From a virus (taxonomy: Duplodnaviria; Caudoviricetes): 55,993 nucleotides of DNA. The position numbers were made by a program, and so were the translations under genes. The stretch spans positions 1 through 55,993 of IMG/VR virus record IMGVR_UViG_3300039106_000351. One strand, written 5' to 3'. Positions within the stretch are counted from its first letter, which is position 1. Each line of letters opens with the position of its first letter. Under the pieces are notes generated by a model, which saw only the letters and a list, made by a program, of their open reading frames with translations, searched no databases and was not told the DNA's origin. Shown piece by piece: positions 30,301 to 40,461 of the stretch.

Positions 30301-32842
30301 TCCATGATGAATAATAAGTATCAACAAAACTATTAAATATTCCAACTGGACCTGTCAAAGCAGCTAAAGCTGCTACTTGTGTAGGGTCAGTAATTCCTAC
30401 TCCAGAAACATCATATATACGTTGTAAATTTTCTGTTACATCAGGAAGATTATAAGTTTTTTTACCTGTTAATGCTATTATAGCTTCAGCTATACCTGCT
30501 ATTAATGCTAAAAGTCCAATAACATCACTAAGTAATTTAAACTCAGAATGACTATCTGGATACTTAAAAAATTGATTTGAGTAACCAGCTAATTCTCCAT
30601 ATATTTTTAATTCAGTAGCTGACAAATATGGATAAGTAAACATTAGATCTGGTGAATGAATACTTGTTATATCAGTTGGAACAGTTTGAAATAATTTTGA
30701 TTTTATATAAGGATCTGAATATACTCCTCCAGGCATATTACCTGCTTGTACTGGTTTAATTGTATTAAAAGGATAGTTAGCATATAAGCCTTGTTTAATA
30801 GATGTACCAGCTAGACCAAAAGGATAATCAGGTAAAGCATAAGTTCTAAAATTATTTATCATTCCTTTTGCTAAGATAGTTCTACTACCTTCTCTTGATC
30901 CTCTTAAAATTTCATATCCAACTATGTTTGGAATTAATACACCATCATTATCTACAGGAAGTATAATATTTTCAAATGTTACTCCCATTATTCTAATGTT
31001 TAGTTCATTTGTATTAATACCTGGATTAGGTTTATAATGTAATCCAACAGGATTACCATTAGAATCTATTAAACTATTGTCAGGAAACTTATGATGTCTA
31101 ATTGGTTTACCACAAAGATCATTATTATAAACAGCCATACCATTTACCATAATAGGTAATCCTCCCGGACCAGTCCAACAATGAGCACTTGAATTCCAAA
31201 TTTCTGGTTTAGTATTAGGGTAATGTTCAGTTGACTCCCAATAACCCATTTCTCCACAAGCTATAACAACTCCACCATCATCAATAGTTGTATTTAATGA
31301 TGCAGGTATTGGAGATACAGTAGCTGTATTATAAATTTCAAATACTTGATCTGTATTATCTAAAGTATTTATATCATTAATACTAATAGATGTTTCAGCA
31401 ACAATTTGAATAGGACCTCCACTTGGTGGACTATATGCATAATTACCAGGAGGTCTTCCAGGAATATGATAGGATGCAGACTTGTCTCCTGTATCATATA
31501 CCCATCTTATAAAAAATGCATATACTTCATCTCTATAATAACTTCCTTTGTTTCCACCTTTTACATAATAGTCTGCTGGATATTCTACTGCTACCCATTT
31601 AGATCTAATTAAATTAGCTAAAGGTTGATAGTTAAAATCAAATTTTGATCTTGGACCTATTCTTAATAAATAATTATTTACATCAGTTATTTGATCTGAT
31701 GTTTCATACACTGGAGTTTTAAGAGGAAGTAATTCAAGAGGAACAGTTAATAAATCTTCTTTAATTCTATCTATTTCAATCTTAGTAGTTTTAGTAGAAT
31801 AGAAACCTATTTGTTTAGCAACAGTACCTTGATTAACATTTTGAACTATAACTAATATAAATTCTTCAAAATTTACACTATCTGCTGATAGTTCTATAGT
31901 AAGAGATCCTCTACTATCACTTGGATGCCAAACTTGTTGTATATTACTTGGTGAAAAATAATCAGTAACTCTTTGTCCTTTAATACTATATGCTATTGTA
32001 ACAAAATAAGTTCCATTTAGTAATGTTCCTCCTATAGGACCTAACTCTAATTTAATACAAGGAGTATTCATTAATTTTGATAATCTTATTTTTTCACAAT
32101 TAAGATCTTGAGTATCTGTACAAATTATACATGCATCAGGAGGAGGACAGTTTGGAAGGTTTGGCCAAACACCAGGTGTTGTTTGAATACATCCTCCACC
32201 CGCATCACATAACTGTGTCCATTTTACACCTGGCCATTGAACAGTATTTCCTGCTAAAGATGAATAAGTATTTTGAGTTGCTGTACCGTATGTTCCAAAT
32301 ATTGTAAATATATTTGGATCAGGCCAAGTTTGTGGGTCTCCTATATTAAGAAATCTATCTGGATTTAATCCATCAGCCCAATATACTTGCCAAGAACAAT
32401 CTTCTTTTTCTCTTGCTGATCCAGAAATTAAATATCTTTTATCAAAATATAGACAATTAGATTGAACAATTGGCATATAAATACACCTCTCTTCAATTAA
32501 TAAACCTATCTCAGATAAAATAGGAACTCCAATTTGATTATGACCAGCTGTAAAGATTATCCATTTATCACTAAATAGATTAATAGCACCTATAATATAT
32601 TTATATGCAACAGTAAACAATCCTGATGTAGGCATTGTTAAACCTGCTTCCATACATAAATAGTTAGCATCTTCATTAGATAAAGTTCCAACAGATCCTT
32701 CAACAGTATTATTTACTGCATTCCTAGCATGAGTCCATAATCCTTCTTCTACATAAGATGGATCTGAATCTTTATTAAGTCCTTTAGTAAAACTGTTAGT
32801 GAGTATTTGTGCACTATTTCCACCACCTTCTTGCTTTGCCAT
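27344..32842 (-). CDS. Tail stabilisation / muzzle protein (crAss-like, P22 gp10-like)
   Basis: 1832 aa. N-terminal FTKGLNKD..HARNA, YYRDEVYAFFIRW motif, FFGGDVYINRY, YGSSQS, WTISFD..FISFHDWHP. Follows the ring-protein genes as in crAss-like tail modules. Confidence 0.75.
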   Translation of the reverse strand: MAKQEGGGNSAQILTNSFTKGLNKDSDPSYVEEGLWTHARNAVNNTVEGSVGTLSNEDANYLCMEAGLTMPTSGLFTVAYKYIIGAINLFSDKWIIFTAGHNQIGVPILSEIGLLIEERCIYMPIVQSNCLYFDKRYLISGSAREKEDCSWQVYWADGLNPDRFLNIGDPQTWPDPNIFTIFGTYGTATQNTYSSLAGNTVQWPGVKWTQLCDAGGGCIQTTPGVWPNLPNCPPPDACIICTDTQDLNCEKIRLSKLMNTPCIKLELGPIGGTLLNGTYFVTIAYSIKGQRVTDYFSPSNIQQVWHPSDSRGSLTIELSADSVNFEEFILVIVQNVNQGTVAKQIGFYSTKTTKIEIDRIKEDLLTVPLELLPLKTPVYETSDQITDVNNYLLRIGPRSKFDFNYQPLANLIRSKWVAVEYPADYYVKGGNKGSYYRDEVYAFFIRWVYDTGDKSASYHIPGRPPGNYAYSPPSGGPIQIVAETSISINDINTLDNTDQVFEIYNTATVSPIPASLNTTIDDGGVVIACGEMGYWESTEHYPNTKPEIWNSSAHCWTGPGGLPIMVNGMAVYNNDLCGKPIRHHKFPDNSLIDSNGNPVGLHYKPNPGINTNELNIRIMGVTFENIILPVDNDGVLIPNIVGYEILRGSREGSRTILAKGMINNFRTYALPDYPFGLAGTSIKQGLYANYPFNTIKPVQAGNMPGGVYSDPYIKSKLFQTVPTDITSIHSPDLMFTYPYLSATELKIYGELAGYSNQFFKYPDSHSEFKLLSDVIGLLALIAGIAEAIIALTGKKTYNLPDVTENLQRIYDVSGVGITDPTQVAALAALTGPVGIFNSFVDTYYSSWTAVGDVFLGLIGLQTQYELYEQNLITALNTAAANAGINPTSITGLIELPDYAYLPPALAAIGGINAFSFYFSQGADVAIEAVTALVPYEQYALQSIAHGLYSNWNQTSINEVKRFKIDDSFYIRDTVQQMPAYQQNTNGLYTRYTINNLQRSDTVVIRTLSGPYYNLANPNGTSLGPYYIGGAFEDKSLITLSGLSGNTNINSNTTTNGLNNQNPSWNNIDQSFSLPITSHYAALKYRIRNQYGQLESIKQIPITPCEQNISDYPLQTLSNTVCPGGQSVLTGIRITNIFFGGDVYINRYTEKNTMLFFYNWLYKFPDGFSYNYYLYSMIPRSRFWVNSVKYDAQNLTNLSNWSANLPTSVSGNLPTDFYKLDNEEYDFSNDSVSNYPGFWRVKESYFYLANSSVRDFFVESEVLVDFRISGDYENEKHYDPYRYTDLYSMFTTDPNIITRGNMWRYDYSFSITKLYNQYFSSGNLQNRNYDPFVSLLCYTYLPDRIIYSLPQQQAAYKDSWFIYLVNNYKDFKSQVSAVKSINKSGIIITFKNDSPLMYQGVDVLETALNTKITIGDGGLFSQPQQSVSNADRSYEYGSSQSKLAVISTPAGIFYISQNQGKIFSYGDGLKEISQIGMKWWFNNFLPYKLTDDFPDYPWKDNPVSGIGCQATYDNQNSILYFSKKDYELKPEYKGKVSYVPLITFGKQKGQGDYFTHIDYPGSVFLLGDELLFSAASWTISFDPKNQFFISFHDWHPDLVIATKDTFLTSKLNTFWKHNLNCQKFCNFYDKDYPFEVELPVNSGQSITTIKSLEYILECNRHRENCYDQFHVLDFNFDRAVIYNSEQVSGYLNLNLFPKNNVTLSLSYPKLNPNNNSFDVLFSKEENKYRINQFWDITKNRGEFPIGSDYPPTGPLIPGTTILNGNYNQEVIWETEPNGYIRVLNPLNLNYAKPELQRKKFRHYTNFINFIKDVSGNTNMLLKITNSKNQFSPR

Positions 32843-32848
32843 ATTTCA

Positions 32849-33877
32849 TTAATAATTATTTCTTCTTCTATTGTAATTAAAATTAGGAGAATAACTTGCA
32901 AACATGTTATAATATTTACCATACATTGCTCTTCTATTTGTCATCCACATATCTTCTAGTTCTCTAAAGTTTGGAGTGTTAACTACACTAAGTGCTTGAT
33001 TTCTTGCAGCCTTTAATCTTTGTTCAACAAGTTGCATTCTTTGTGCAACATCTTCTCCATTCAAATATAAGTTTTCAAATATTCTTGCTTTTAAGGCATA
33101 CTCATAATATTCATTTAAAAGATCATGATCTGGAACTAATAAGTTTCCTTGATCATCTTCCATCTGACCTTGATAGTTTAAATAAACTTTACATGTATCT
33201 AGTGTAGTAAATAAGAAGCCTCCTTTAATCCATCCTTCATTTCCTGAATTAATATATAAGTTAGGACAGTCACATTCTATTTCTTGACTAGCTCTCATTC
33301 TTAATGGAATAGTTGCAGAATAAGTTCTTGTTTCACCATTACCTCCTACAATTTGTATAAGTTCATATTTGTCTCCCTTACAGTTCATAAAAACTCTTGG
33401 AGGTATACAAGTATCACCATAAGGATTTAAAGGGTCATAAGCTACTGGTATTGGATCTACTATAGGAAAATTAAGATCACATCCTGCAGTATGATTACAA
33501 GGATTAGCATTACATGTTCTACAGTTAACACTTATAGGAGAACATACATCTACAGTAGAGGGAACTTCTGTATAAGGAACTTCTTGAATATTAGTTCCTC
33601 CAATATTATATCCTACATTTACAGTATACTCACCACAAAGTAAAGCAAAATTAAATACATAAAAATCATCAGGTAATTTTACTCTCCCGTGACATACTTC
33701 TAATATAACTTCTTTAGTTTGATTAACTCTAAGACCTAAATCATAATTAATTTTTTTAGTTAATTTGATAAGCTGTTGAGGCTCTATCATATTTTCTAAA
33801 GCAAAAGTATTTAGGTCTACTGTTACATCTTCTAAAAGACTATCAAAAGTGCGATATTTAATTGTATAGTTATACAT
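32849..33877 (-). CDS. Tail tubular / ring protein
   Basis: 342 aa. GRVKLPDDF and YLNYQGQMEDDQGNLLVPDH..EYYEYALK motifs; directly precedes the muzzle gene; internal Cys-rich insert. Confidence 0.65.
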   Translation of the reverse strand: MYNYTIKYRTFDSLLEDVTVDLNTFALENMIEPQQLIKLTKKINYDLGLRVNQTKEVILEVCHGRVKLPDDFYVFNFALLCGEYTVNVGYNIGGTNIQEVPYTEVPSTVDVCSPISVNCRTCNANPCNHTAGCDLNFPIVDPIPVAYDPLNPYGDTCIPPRVFMNCKGDKYELIQIVGGNGETRTYSATIPLRMRASQEIECDCPNLYINSGNEGWIKGGFLFTTLDTCKVYLNYQGQMEDDQGNLLVPDHDLLNEYYEYALKARIFENLYLNGEDVAQRMQLVEQRLKAARNQALSVVNTPNFRELEDMWMTNRRAMYGKYYNMFASYSPNFNYNRRRNNY

Positions 33878-34536
33878 TATCTAAGTGAATTTTGACCATC
33901 ATCAGAACCATCTGTTGGTATTGACATAGTCATTGTTAATTCTTTAATTACAAATTGTTCTACTTCAGAAAATAAATATGCTGGAAGTGATAATTGTTTA
34001 TTTTGAGCAATATCACATTCTTCAGTACAAGGATCTGTTACTCCTTCAAATATTGCTTCCATTCTTATTGCATCCCAATCTGTATTAGGACAATAAAGAT
34101 ATCCATTTAAAAACCAAAAATATTTTTTTGTATTGTATCTCCAAGTTGTTGTTCTTGTCATAGATACCCAAGTACCAGGATCTGTTCTAAACATTTCTAT
34201 AGTACCATCTATTGAAGATGTAGTACGTATAATAGGTCCCATTGCTCCATCTAAAATAGCTGGAAGTTTTTCTTTAGTTCTTTTAAAATAACATCCTGAA
34301 AAAACACCAAGACATCCTGCCTCTACTTTATCTACATCTATTAGTTCAATATATGGAAGTACTTGAAAGATAGAACTTATCTTCATTAACCTAAATTGAT
34401 TGTCTTCTCTTTTAAGTAATGTTTGACCATATTTAATTAAGGAAGAATATATAACTCTATCTGTTAAGAAAGGATCTTCTTTAACAGCTTTTAAAGTATT
34501 TCTAACTCTTGATATAGATTCTCCAATTGTTGTCAT
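33877..34536 (-). CDS. Tail tubular / ring protein
   Basis: 219 aa. MTTIGESISRVR..LTDR, YFWFLNGYLY, AIFE motifs; sits between the IHF-like gene and the next ring gene. Confidence 0.6.
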   Translation of the reverse strand: MTTIGESISRVRNTLKAVKEDPFLTDRVIYSSLIKYGQTLLKREDNQFRLMKISSIFQVLPYIELIDVDKVEAGCLGVFSGCYFKRTKEKLPAILDGAMGPIIRTTSSIDGTIEMFRTDPGTWVSMTRTTTWRYNTKKYFWFLNGYLYCPNTDWDAIRMEAIFEGVTDPCTEECDIAQNKQLSLPAYLFSEVEQFVIKELTMTMSIPTDGSDDGQNSLR

Positions 34537-35114
34537 AGGTCAAATTCATTATAGTCTTTTAAATCTTTTTCAGTTTTAGCAGATAAAATATGTTTATAAG
34601 ATATTTTTTTATAATCTAATTTTAATTTTTTATTTGGGTCAACTGCTACATACATATTCCAATTTTCCGAATAAGCTTTTGAAACTGATCTTTTAAAATC
34701 TCTGCATGCTATAAAACTCCAAAATTCTCTATTCTTCATTTTATGTTTTAATGCATAACTTGTAAAAAAGATTTTAGCTAATTTCCCATCTGTTTCCCAA
34801 TTTTTATTTGATACTGCAACACCATACTTATTTGATTTTGCAAAATCTATATTTTCTTTTTTTGGACTTTGACAAGTACCAATAAATAACCAACCTATTT
34901 GTTCTGGTAATTGAACACCATCTCTAGTTTCTATTACCATATTATATATATATTCATTGAAAGATTTTACTATCTTTCTTATATCTTTATTATCTAAGTC
35001 TTTATACTTAGGATATTTTTCTTTAAAACTGTCAAAGAACTCTTTGTTCATTATATTATGCACCACTGGTCTATACCGTGGAGCATTTAAATTTGGTTTT
35101 TTAAATTCTCTCAT
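34533..35114 (-). CDS. IHF/HU-like DNA-binding protein
   Basis: Basic 193 aa protein with helix-helix-beta pattern (DIRKIVKSFNEYIYNMVIE..GVQLPEQIGWLFI). IHF-like genes next to tail tubular genes are typical of crAss-like phages. Confidence 0.6.
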   Translation of the reverse strand: MREFKKPNLNAPRYRPVVHNIMNKEFFDSFKEKYPKYKDLDNKDIRKIVKSFNEYIYNMVIETRDGVQLPEQIGWLFIGTCQSPKKENIDFAKSNKYGVAVSNKNWETDGKLAKIFFTSYALKHKMKNREFWSFIACRDFKRSVSKAYSENWNMYVAVDPNKKLKLDYKKISYKHILSAKTEKDLKDYNEFDL

Positions 35115-35125
35115 ACTATACTAAT

Positions 35126-35137
35126 TAATATACTAAA
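35126..35137 (-). promoter_or_regulatory. Putative phage promoter motif TTTAGTATATTA
   Basis: Identical to the 17693 copy; 11 nt upstream of the ATG at 35114 and just downstream of a terminator. Confidence 0.6.
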
Positions 35138-35165
35138 AATAAATGACTTTAGCAAATATAGGTAT

Positions 35166-35198
35166 AAAAACAAAACCCCCACAAGTGTGAGGGCTTTG
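35166..35198 (-). terminator. Rho-independent terminator
   Basis: Minus strand CAAAGCCCTCACA-CT-TGTGGGGGTTTTG followed by TTTTT, after the 84 aa gene. Confidence 0.75.
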
Positions 35199-35237
35199 CG
35201 TGTTGTTACAGAAACCAACAACTGCAACTTTATTTTT

Positions 35238-35492
35238 TTATGGTTGACCGCAAAAATAGGCTACTATTAAAGCTAATGCATCTGCCATAGATGTATCAGT
35301 AGGAACTACTTCAACTAAGCCACACATAATTGGATCACCAGTATAGATAACACATTGTGCATCAAGAACTTCTGAACATGGTTCAGGATTAGGACAACCT
35401 AAAGGAGTTGGACATGCAATGGGAGTAATCAGACCAGTGTCTGTACATCCACATTTTTTACATCCACAATCAGTACAAGTATTAGTAGCCAT
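35238..35492 (-). CDS. Small Cys-rich structural protein (fibre-associated?)
   Basis: 84 aa. CVIYTGDPIMC..TSMADAL resembles the N-terminal CVIWQGPDIPC..DTVSDVI of the 569 aa neighbour. Confidence 0.55.
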   Translation of the reverse strand: MATNTCTDCGCKKCGCTDTGLITPIACPTPLGCPNPEPCSEVLDAQCVIYTGDPIMCGLVEVVPTDTSMADALALIVAYFCGQP

Positions 35493-35503
35493 AGTTTAAA
35501 TTA

Positions 35504-37213
35504 TTAAGGACAGATTATTGCTATTGGTATATCAGTAGTACACGGATCTATATAAGCAGTAAGACCATCTAGTTGAATTCTAAATCCTCCTACTTGTTGT
35601 TCACTATTTGCGTTACAAGAAAAAGGATAAATATTAGCAGCAGAATATTCTAAATCAAGTCCAATAGTTCCTGCAGCAGGATTACTATTTACATTAGTAT
35701 TTGCACTAGAAAAACTAGGTACATTATCTCCTGCTGTTACATGAGAAATAATATAGTTTAAATGTGATGTATCAAAAGCTGCTGTTCCTGAAAAAGAATT
35801 TTGTTCTGCATTTTTAGGAAGAGATAATGTTAATAATTTAGAACTTGAAATAGAAATATTAAATAGTCCAGATAGTATAGTACTTGTTACTGGAGCAGCA
35901 TCTACTTGACATGGTCTAGTTCCTACAACAAAAGTCATTGCATAATTATCATCAAAAGTTTCTCCAAGTCCCATAATAGTAGTTGGAATAACTGAAGTAC
36001 CTTGATTAAAAGTTAAAGATCCAGCTGTAGATAAAAGAACAGAACCAGCACCTCCTGTAGCAGGTGTAATTGTATTAGATAAATAATATGTATCAACTGG
36101 TGGTGCAGATTCATATTGCCATAATAAGGGTGCTCCTGCTCCATTATCAATAGGAATAGTTATTAAACCTTTAAAATGAACAGTATTACCAATTCTTCTA
36201 GCTTTTGGTTTTAAATTATTTGTTTCAACTCCAGTATAATAACCAAAACCTTCTAAGTCTATCCATCCAGTATCTAATAGATTTGCACTAACTACATATG
36301 CTGGACCAGGTGATACTGTTACAGCAATTGTATTTGATGTATCTCCTGTAACAGATAATGATGATACATAATTATATACATCACATAAAGCAATCCAAAT
36401 ATTAGTTATTGCATCTGCTACAGTATTGGTAGATGCAATTGGAACCCACAAACCTAAATAAGCAATTGAAAATGGCGTATTATAAACTAATGATGTATCA
36501 GTATCATCTATGCATTGTGATTGCACTGCTGCTAAAATATCAGCAGGAAGTCCAGTAGTAGATGTTAAAGCACAATACCCATATGTACTATCATTTACTA
36601 ATGCATCTAACACATCTGTAATAGTATACGTTCCTGGAGATACAACACTTGCACTTAAATCACAACTTACTGAAATAGAAGGCATAGTAAATGGAGGAGT
36701 AGGTGTATTTTCTAATACAGTTACTCTTACATCTAAATTAGTAATTGAATTTATTATGGCTGTTATTTGATTGACAATTCCACAAATAGCAGTTCCCATA
36801 GCTATTGCATATTCTGAAATAGTCATAACAGTTGTAGTACCTACAATAAAACAAGGAGCTACAGTGATTAAAGTATCAGCAGTAGTTGATCTTGTTGTTC
36901 CTGTTGTAACTATATTAACTCCAGTAACTGCATCAACTTTTAAATTTAATTCACAAATTTTATTTATTAAAAATTGTATTAATTCTTCAAAAGTAGAAGG
37001 AGGACATGCGGCAAGATCAAAACATGAAAGATCATAATTAGATACTTTTAATGTTTCCATTATTATACATAATTCTGTTGCAAGTTTATGAATAACATCA
37101 GAAACTGTATCTCCATTACATAATTTTATACAAGGAATATCTGGTCCTTGCCAAATAACGCAGTTACTTGATATTGGACTACAAGGAGAATTATCTAAAT
37201 TTAAAGGTTTCAT
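35504..37213 (-). CDS. Putative tail or head fibre protein
   Basis: 569 aa. Cys-containing N-terminal module, short coiled coils, then DTGWIDL..RRIGNTVHFKG, which resembles fibre-tip/receptor-binding domains. Confidence 0.55.
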   Translation of the reverse strand: MKPLNLDNSPCSPISSNCVIWQGPDIPCIKLCNGDTVSDVIHKLATELCIIMETLKVSNYDLSCFDLAACPPSTFEELIQFLINKICELNLKVDAVTGVNIVTTGTTRSTTADTLITVAPCFIVGTTTVMTISEYAIAMGTAICGIVNQITAIINSITNLDVRVTVLENTPTPPFTMPSISVSCDLSASVVSPGTYTITDVLDALVNDSTYGYCALTSTTGLPADILAAVQSQCIDDTDTSLVYNTPFSIAYLGLWVPIASTNTVADAITNIWIALCDVYNYVSSLSVTGDTSNTIAVTVSPGPAYVVSANLLDTGWIDLEGFGYYTGVETNNLKPKARRIGNTVHFKGLITIPIDNGAGAPLLWQYESAPPVDTYYLSNTITPATGGAGSVLLSTAGSLTFNQGTSVIPTTIMGLGETFDDNYAMTFVVGTRPCQVDAAPVTSTILSGLFNISISSSKLLTLSLPKNAEQNSFSGTAAFDTSHLNYIISHVTAGDNVPSFSSANTNVNSNPAAGTIGLDLEYSAANIYPFSCNANSEQQVGGFRIQLDGLTAYIDPCTTDIPIAIICP

Positions 37214-37229
37214 ATCTTTTCTATTAATA

Positions 37230-37241
37230 TAATATACAAAA
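37230..37241 (-). promoter_or_regulatory. Putative phage promoter motif TTTTGTATATTA
   Basis: Motif copy 16 nt upstream of the ATG at 37213. Confidence 0.55.
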
Positions 37242-37246
37242 TTTTA

Positions 37247-39670
37247 TTAAGAATTACAAGTCTTTAATGGTGTACATCCACAATTAGGTGCCTCATTACA
37301 ACAAGATTGAATAGACTCACATATATAATTTGGATCTACTAATCCTGCTAAGTCTATTAATTCTTTTTTAATTAACCATTTACTATCATCTTCAGGACAA
37401 CAATTAGATATACCATATCTTTGCTCTAATACTTTTTTATACATTGCTTCTGCTGCTTTGCAAGTTATTTTTTCAAACTTATCAATTGAACAAGCGGGTA
37501 CATAATATCCAGGTCTTATAAATCTTCTAGGATATATTGGTGCTGGACAAATCCAAGGATCTTGTACTGTTACTTGTGAACAATTACCAAAAGTTTCTAC
37601 ATAATCTGTAGTAGGGTGATTATATTGCCAAGCTACTATACAAAATTTTGGAGATGTTTCTCCAAATAGTAATGTAAAATTTTGAAGAACATGATCACAG
37701 TCTAAATATCTATACTCATTACTAACTGCTGATGTATCATCATTTCTTACTGTAGTACATATACAAGGTAATGTATCTAAACAGGTATCACAATTTAAAT
37801 ATTCTTGATCTATAAATACTACTTCTCCAGCATTTGTTGAATTAAGAGTTATAGAAACTTCCCAACATGTTTCTGGACAATATTCTAATTTAATTACAGA
37901 TCCTACATATGCACTTAAATCTGTATAAGTAATTGCATTAGGTAAATAACCACTACAATCTTCAAGTAAATAATAAGTTCTTGCACACTCTATACAATCT
38001 ATATAACTTGCATCTACTACTATAACAACATCAGATGGAATTAAATCTACTTCTTCTACTAACCAACATCCTGGACAATCTAATCTAATTATTACTTGAT
38101 TTACATAAGCACTTAAATTTGTACTTGTATAAATAATAGTTCCAGGATCATCACAATTAGTAAGTTTATATTTAGGAGTACCTTTACAAGTTGGACAATT
38201 TAAAAAGTATTGAAATACAGTAACATCTATTGCACAGTCACATACAACTGTTTCTGTTACTTCCCAACAAGTATTTGGATAACCATCTATTATTACTACT
38301 GCTCCAATTATAGCATAAATACCTAATGAAGTTTTAGTAGTATAAATATCGGGTAATATACCATCACAGTCTTCAAGTTTATAACATAGTATTGGACATG
38401 TATCATTTACACATAGACCACTATTAGTTATAAGAATAGGTGATCCAATAACATTACCTTGTATAAAAGGATAAACTGAAGAACAAAATTCTACTAATCC
38501 TCCTGTTAATAATCCTGTATTTTGTAAATCACCATTACAATCTACATAGATACAATCTTTAGCAGTTGCAATAACTGAATAACAATCACAATCACAAGGA
38601 GTTGGAAGTATTGGATCTACTGTAAATCCTGTTACAGCACCATTACAATTTCCACTATTATTTTCTAAGACATACCATGGTCCTGAAGATACTCCTCCTT
38701 GAATTATAGTTATAAATTCATTTAAATATGTAGATAAATCTATCTCAGTATTAAAATGATTACCATCACAATCATATAATGTATAACATTGTTTAATACA
38801 ACTTGGACATTCATTAGCATAGACACTACATTCTACATTACTGTCATTAGTCAGTTGACTAAAAGTCAAACCCTCAACATATATTGGAGGATCTGGTAAC
38901 AGATTATACGCTGCCACATCTGGCACTTCTATATCTCCAACTACACCAGAAGTAATTCTATAACATAAATTTTCTAATCCATTTATAGGAGTTCCTAAAT
39001 ATTCTCTTATTCCTGTATAAGTTGAAACAGGAAAAGGACCTTTAAATAAAATTTCAGTGTCATCACAACAACTTGTAAATATTAAAAATTCTAAAGCTAA
39101 AGCACATGCAGGACATGCTCCATTAGCTGCAGCTAATTGACAAGTATCATAATTTGTTATAGTAAAATCAATACAATCTGGTCCTACTTCGTATGTTCCA
39201 TCTGCTATCTCAGTAACAGTATAACAATCTCCTGGAGTAAAAATAAAACCACTAATTGGCTGTACATAACCAGGACCATCATATATCCATACTCCATCAT
39301 TTATTATACATGTTCCTGGATTAATATTTAAATTAACAATAACAGAAGTATCACAACAATTAAATACTGAAAATGCTGGTAACTTAGAACCACAAGGAGC
39401 ACACAATAGATCATCACAATCAGTAAGTAATTGTAATGCACCTGAATTAAAAGCTGGAGGATAATATCCAGAATTACTACCTAAATATTGAACAGTATAA
39501 CAAAATCCAAAATCAAATACCATACCTGTTGAAACTTCAGTAAAGGTAGGTCCTGTATATTGGTATGTTCCATCAGGAACTATACCTAAACCTGGAATAT
39601 GAAATTCATCAGATAGAGTTGCTTGAGGACAACAGCTTGTTATTAAATAATAAGGAGTAGTTATTGCCAT
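37247..39670 (-). CDS. Very Cys-rich repeat structural protein (tail hub/fibre-like)
   Basis: 807 aa of tandem modules starting YxLxxC[CD] and often ending CxxC; C-terminal YKKVLEQRYGISNCC; lies in the tail module. Confidence 0.55.
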   Translation of the reverse strand: MAITTPYYLITSCCPQATLSDEFHIPGLGIVPDGTYQYTGPTFTEVSTGMVFDFGFCYTVQYLGSNSGYYPPAFNSGALQLLTDCDDLLCAPCGSKLPAFSVFNCCDTSVIVNLNINPGTCIINDGVWIYDGPGYVQPISGFIFTPGDCYTVTEIADGTYEVGPDCIDFTITNYDTCQLAAANGACPACALALEFLIFTSCCDDTEILFKGPFPVSTYTGIREYLGTPINGLENLCYRITSGVVGDIEVPDVAAYNLLPDPPIYVEGLTFSQLTNDSNVECSVYANECPSCIKQCYTLYDCDGNHFNTEIDLSTYLNEFITIIQGGVSSGPWYVLENNSGNCNGAVTGFTVDPILPTPCDCDCYSVIATAKDCIYVDCNGDLQNTGLLTGGLVEFCSSVYPFIQGNVIGSPILITNSGLCVNDTCPILCYKLEDCDGILPDIYTTKTSLGIYAIIGAVVIIDGYPNTCWEVTETVVCDCAIDVTVFQYFLNCPTCKGTPKYKLTNCDDPGTIIYTSTNLSAYVNQVIIRLDCPGCWLVEEVDLIPSDVVIVVDASYIDCIECARTYYLLEDCSGYLPNAITYTDLSAYVGSVIKLEYCPETCWEVSITLNSTNAGEVVFIDQEYLNCDTCLDTLPCICTTVRNDDTSAVSNEYRYLDCDHVLQNFTLLFGETSPKFCIVAWQYNHPTTDYVETFGNCSQVTVQDPWICPAPIYPRRFIRPGYYVPACSIDKFEKITCKAAEAMYKKVLEQRYGISNCCPEDDSKWLIKKELIDLAGLVDPNYICESIQSCCNEAPNCGCTPLKTCNS

Positions 39671-39678
39671 TTATTTAT

Positions 39679-39870
39679 TTATTTTTTTTTAGAATGTATT
39701 TCTGGACCCCAGAAGTTTTTTAATATAGTATTTTTATTAACAGTATTTATAGGTTGTTTAGTATTTGTTGTACTAGTAATACAACTAGTACATCCTACTA
39801 CTCCTTCTGGTGAAGTTCTTTTCTGACATCCACAAGATAAATTCTTTTTACAATTTGAACATTGAGCCAT
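39679..39870 (-). CDS. Small Cys-rich (zinc-finger-like) protein
   Basis: 63 aa, CSNC..SCGC..CTSC, with an AC-rich leader. Confidence 0.6.
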   Translation of the reverse strand: MAQCSNCKKNLSCGCQKRTSPEGVVGCTSCITSTTNTKQPINTVNKNTILKNFWGPEIHSKKK

Positions 39871-39888
39871 TGGTTTAGTTTTAGTTGG

Positions 39889-40449
39889 TTAACAATTTAT
39901 ACAGTCTAATTTATTTAAAAGTTTTAAAGCATAATTGTATAAGCTCATTCCTTTCTGAGGCTCATGACAAGTTTCTACTTTAGATTTTGCAGATTGAAGA
40001 TACATAAAAATTAATCTTAATGCTTCAAGTTTTTCCTTTATTATAAAAGGGGGATCACAAGCAGCTACATCTACATCACATAATATCTTATTATATTTTA
40101 TTAAAGCTTGAGTAATTCTTAAATGATTATATTCTACAAATACATCAGTATTTGGGGACACACTGTATTTTATTATATATATACCGTCTGGTATATTTAC
40201 ATATTTTGTTCCACAATCAGTTGTTTGTAATTGTAAATCACAGGCTGTTAATGTAATATGAGAATCATTTACAAATGCTATCATATCAAGACCTTCTATT
40301 TGATTTGAATATCCAAATCCTGGAACAGTAATATTCAAGGTTGGACAAGTAATTGGAATAAGAGGTGTATACACACTTGTATCAAATATTTTAAGTATAC
40401 AAGGATTCATTACTGTAGGGACCTCTAAACTTAATACATGATTTGCCAT
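39889..40449 (-). CDS. Putative tail hub protein
   Basis: 186 aa with an IPDGIYIIKYSV beta-sandwich part then a helical C-terminus; follows the auxiliary-capsid-like gene. Confidence 0.5.
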   Translation of the reverse strand: MANHVLSLEVPTVMNPCILKIFDTSVYTPLIPITCPTLNITVPGFGYSNQIEGLDMIAFVNDSHITLTACDLQLQTTDCGTKYVNIPDGIYIIKYSVSPNTDVFVEYNHLRITQALIKYNKILCDVDVAACDPPFIIKEKLEALRLIFMYLQSAKSKVETCHEPQKGMSLYNYALKLLNKLDCINC

Positions 40450-40461
40450 AATGATTATAAT

